Assembly: GCA_037443365.1 (NCBI GenBank)
Contig: JBBIOM010000015.1
Coordinates: 1-48,114 of the forward strand
DNA: 48,114 nt
Source: Armatimonadota bacterium
GTDB taxonomy: Bacteria; Sysuimicrobiota; Sysuimicrobiia; Sysuimicrobiales; Humicultoraceae
Direction of reading: 5' to 3'
The position numbers and the translations under genes are program-made. Below, piece by piece: positions 47,900 to 48,114 of the stretch. The notes beneath the pieces were generated by a model, which did not search any database, was not told the DNA's origin, and saw only the letters and a list, made by a program, of their open reading frames with translations. Each line of letters begins with the position of its first letter. Position 1 is the first letter of the stretch.

Positions 47900-47990
47900 G
47901 TTTGGTTTTCGCCTCCGCTTCCCTCATCCCCCCAGGCCGGGCCGAGGCCTCTGCAGGCACCCTCGGTGGGTCGGGAAACGTGTGTGGTGG
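47900..47990 (-). ncRNA. S2 (rpsB) autoregulatory leader
   Basis: CACACACG...GGGTGCC...GGAGGC...AACC layout matching the known rpsB leader. Confidence 0.7.
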
Positions 47991-48029
47991 GCGCCGCGGA
48001 GGATTCCTCGCCGCGGCAAATCCCGCGGT

Positions 48030-48058
48030 AGTATAGCACGCCGCGGCGGCGAAGGAAA
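48030..48058 (-). promoter_or_regulatory. extended -10 promoter of the rpsB operon
   Basis: TGCTATACT (48038-48030); TTTCCT at the -35 position. Confidence 0.75.
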
Positions 48059-48069
48059 ACCCCGGTTCG

Positions 48070-48114
48070 CTATGCCCTTGGGTGCGCCGCGGCGTAGATG
48101 CGCTTGAGATGGTC
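48070..48114 (-). CDS. tyrosine recombinase XerC/XerD, C-terminal end (partial)
   Basis: Translates DHLKRIYAAAHPRA*, the characteristic XerC/D C-terminus; runs off the window. Confidence 0.75.
   Translation of the reverse strand, partial: DHLKRIYAAAHPRA

Noticed and set aside
48070..48114. Tyrosine recombinase as a sign of a mobile element
   Set aside because: The HPRA* ending and position upstream of rpsB fit housekeeping XerC/D; only 14 residues are visible
1..48114. CRISPR arrays, IS elements, prophage genes, att-site duplications
   Set aside because: By eye there are no regularly spaced repeats, transposase or phage genes, or duplicated tRNA 3' ends, and no obvious compositional break

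Overview
Very GC-rich (roughly 70% by eye) bacterial chromosomal window, almost all core genome and mostly on the minus strand. Right to left it holds the tail of a XerC/D recombinase, then rpsB-tsf-pyrH-frr-(small PASTA-like ORF)-uppS-cdsA-dxr-rseP-ispG-rhomboid, an archaeal-type SAM synthetase and an FmdB zinc ribbon. Next come a membrane-associated MoxR/DUF58/triple-VWA module, a LarA-like protein, a sirtuin, MTA phosphorylase and threonine aldolase. A plus-strand MlaEFD operon follows; its MCE protein ends in a likely outer-membrane beta-barrel. Further left are infC-rpmI-rplT-ktrBA-trmH-pheST-cvpA-polX-metalloenzyme-mutS2-tyrS-M20 peptidase, and tRNA-Ile(GAT) and tRNA-Ala(CGC) flanking five accessory genes. 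Recognisable cis-RNAs are a Phe T-box, an L20 leader and an S2 (rpsB) leader, along with several clear sigma-70/A promoters. The Firmicutes-like gene order and regulation combined with a diderm-type MlaD suggest a high-GC diderm Terrabacteria lineage (inference). No transposase, prophage or CRISPR array was seen. The best candidates for an undescribed system are the MoxR-VWA fusion module with an ATPase-less ABC-2 permease and the trans-envelope MCE system. Several start codons were moved from the ORF track using RBS, gene overlap and family N-termini.
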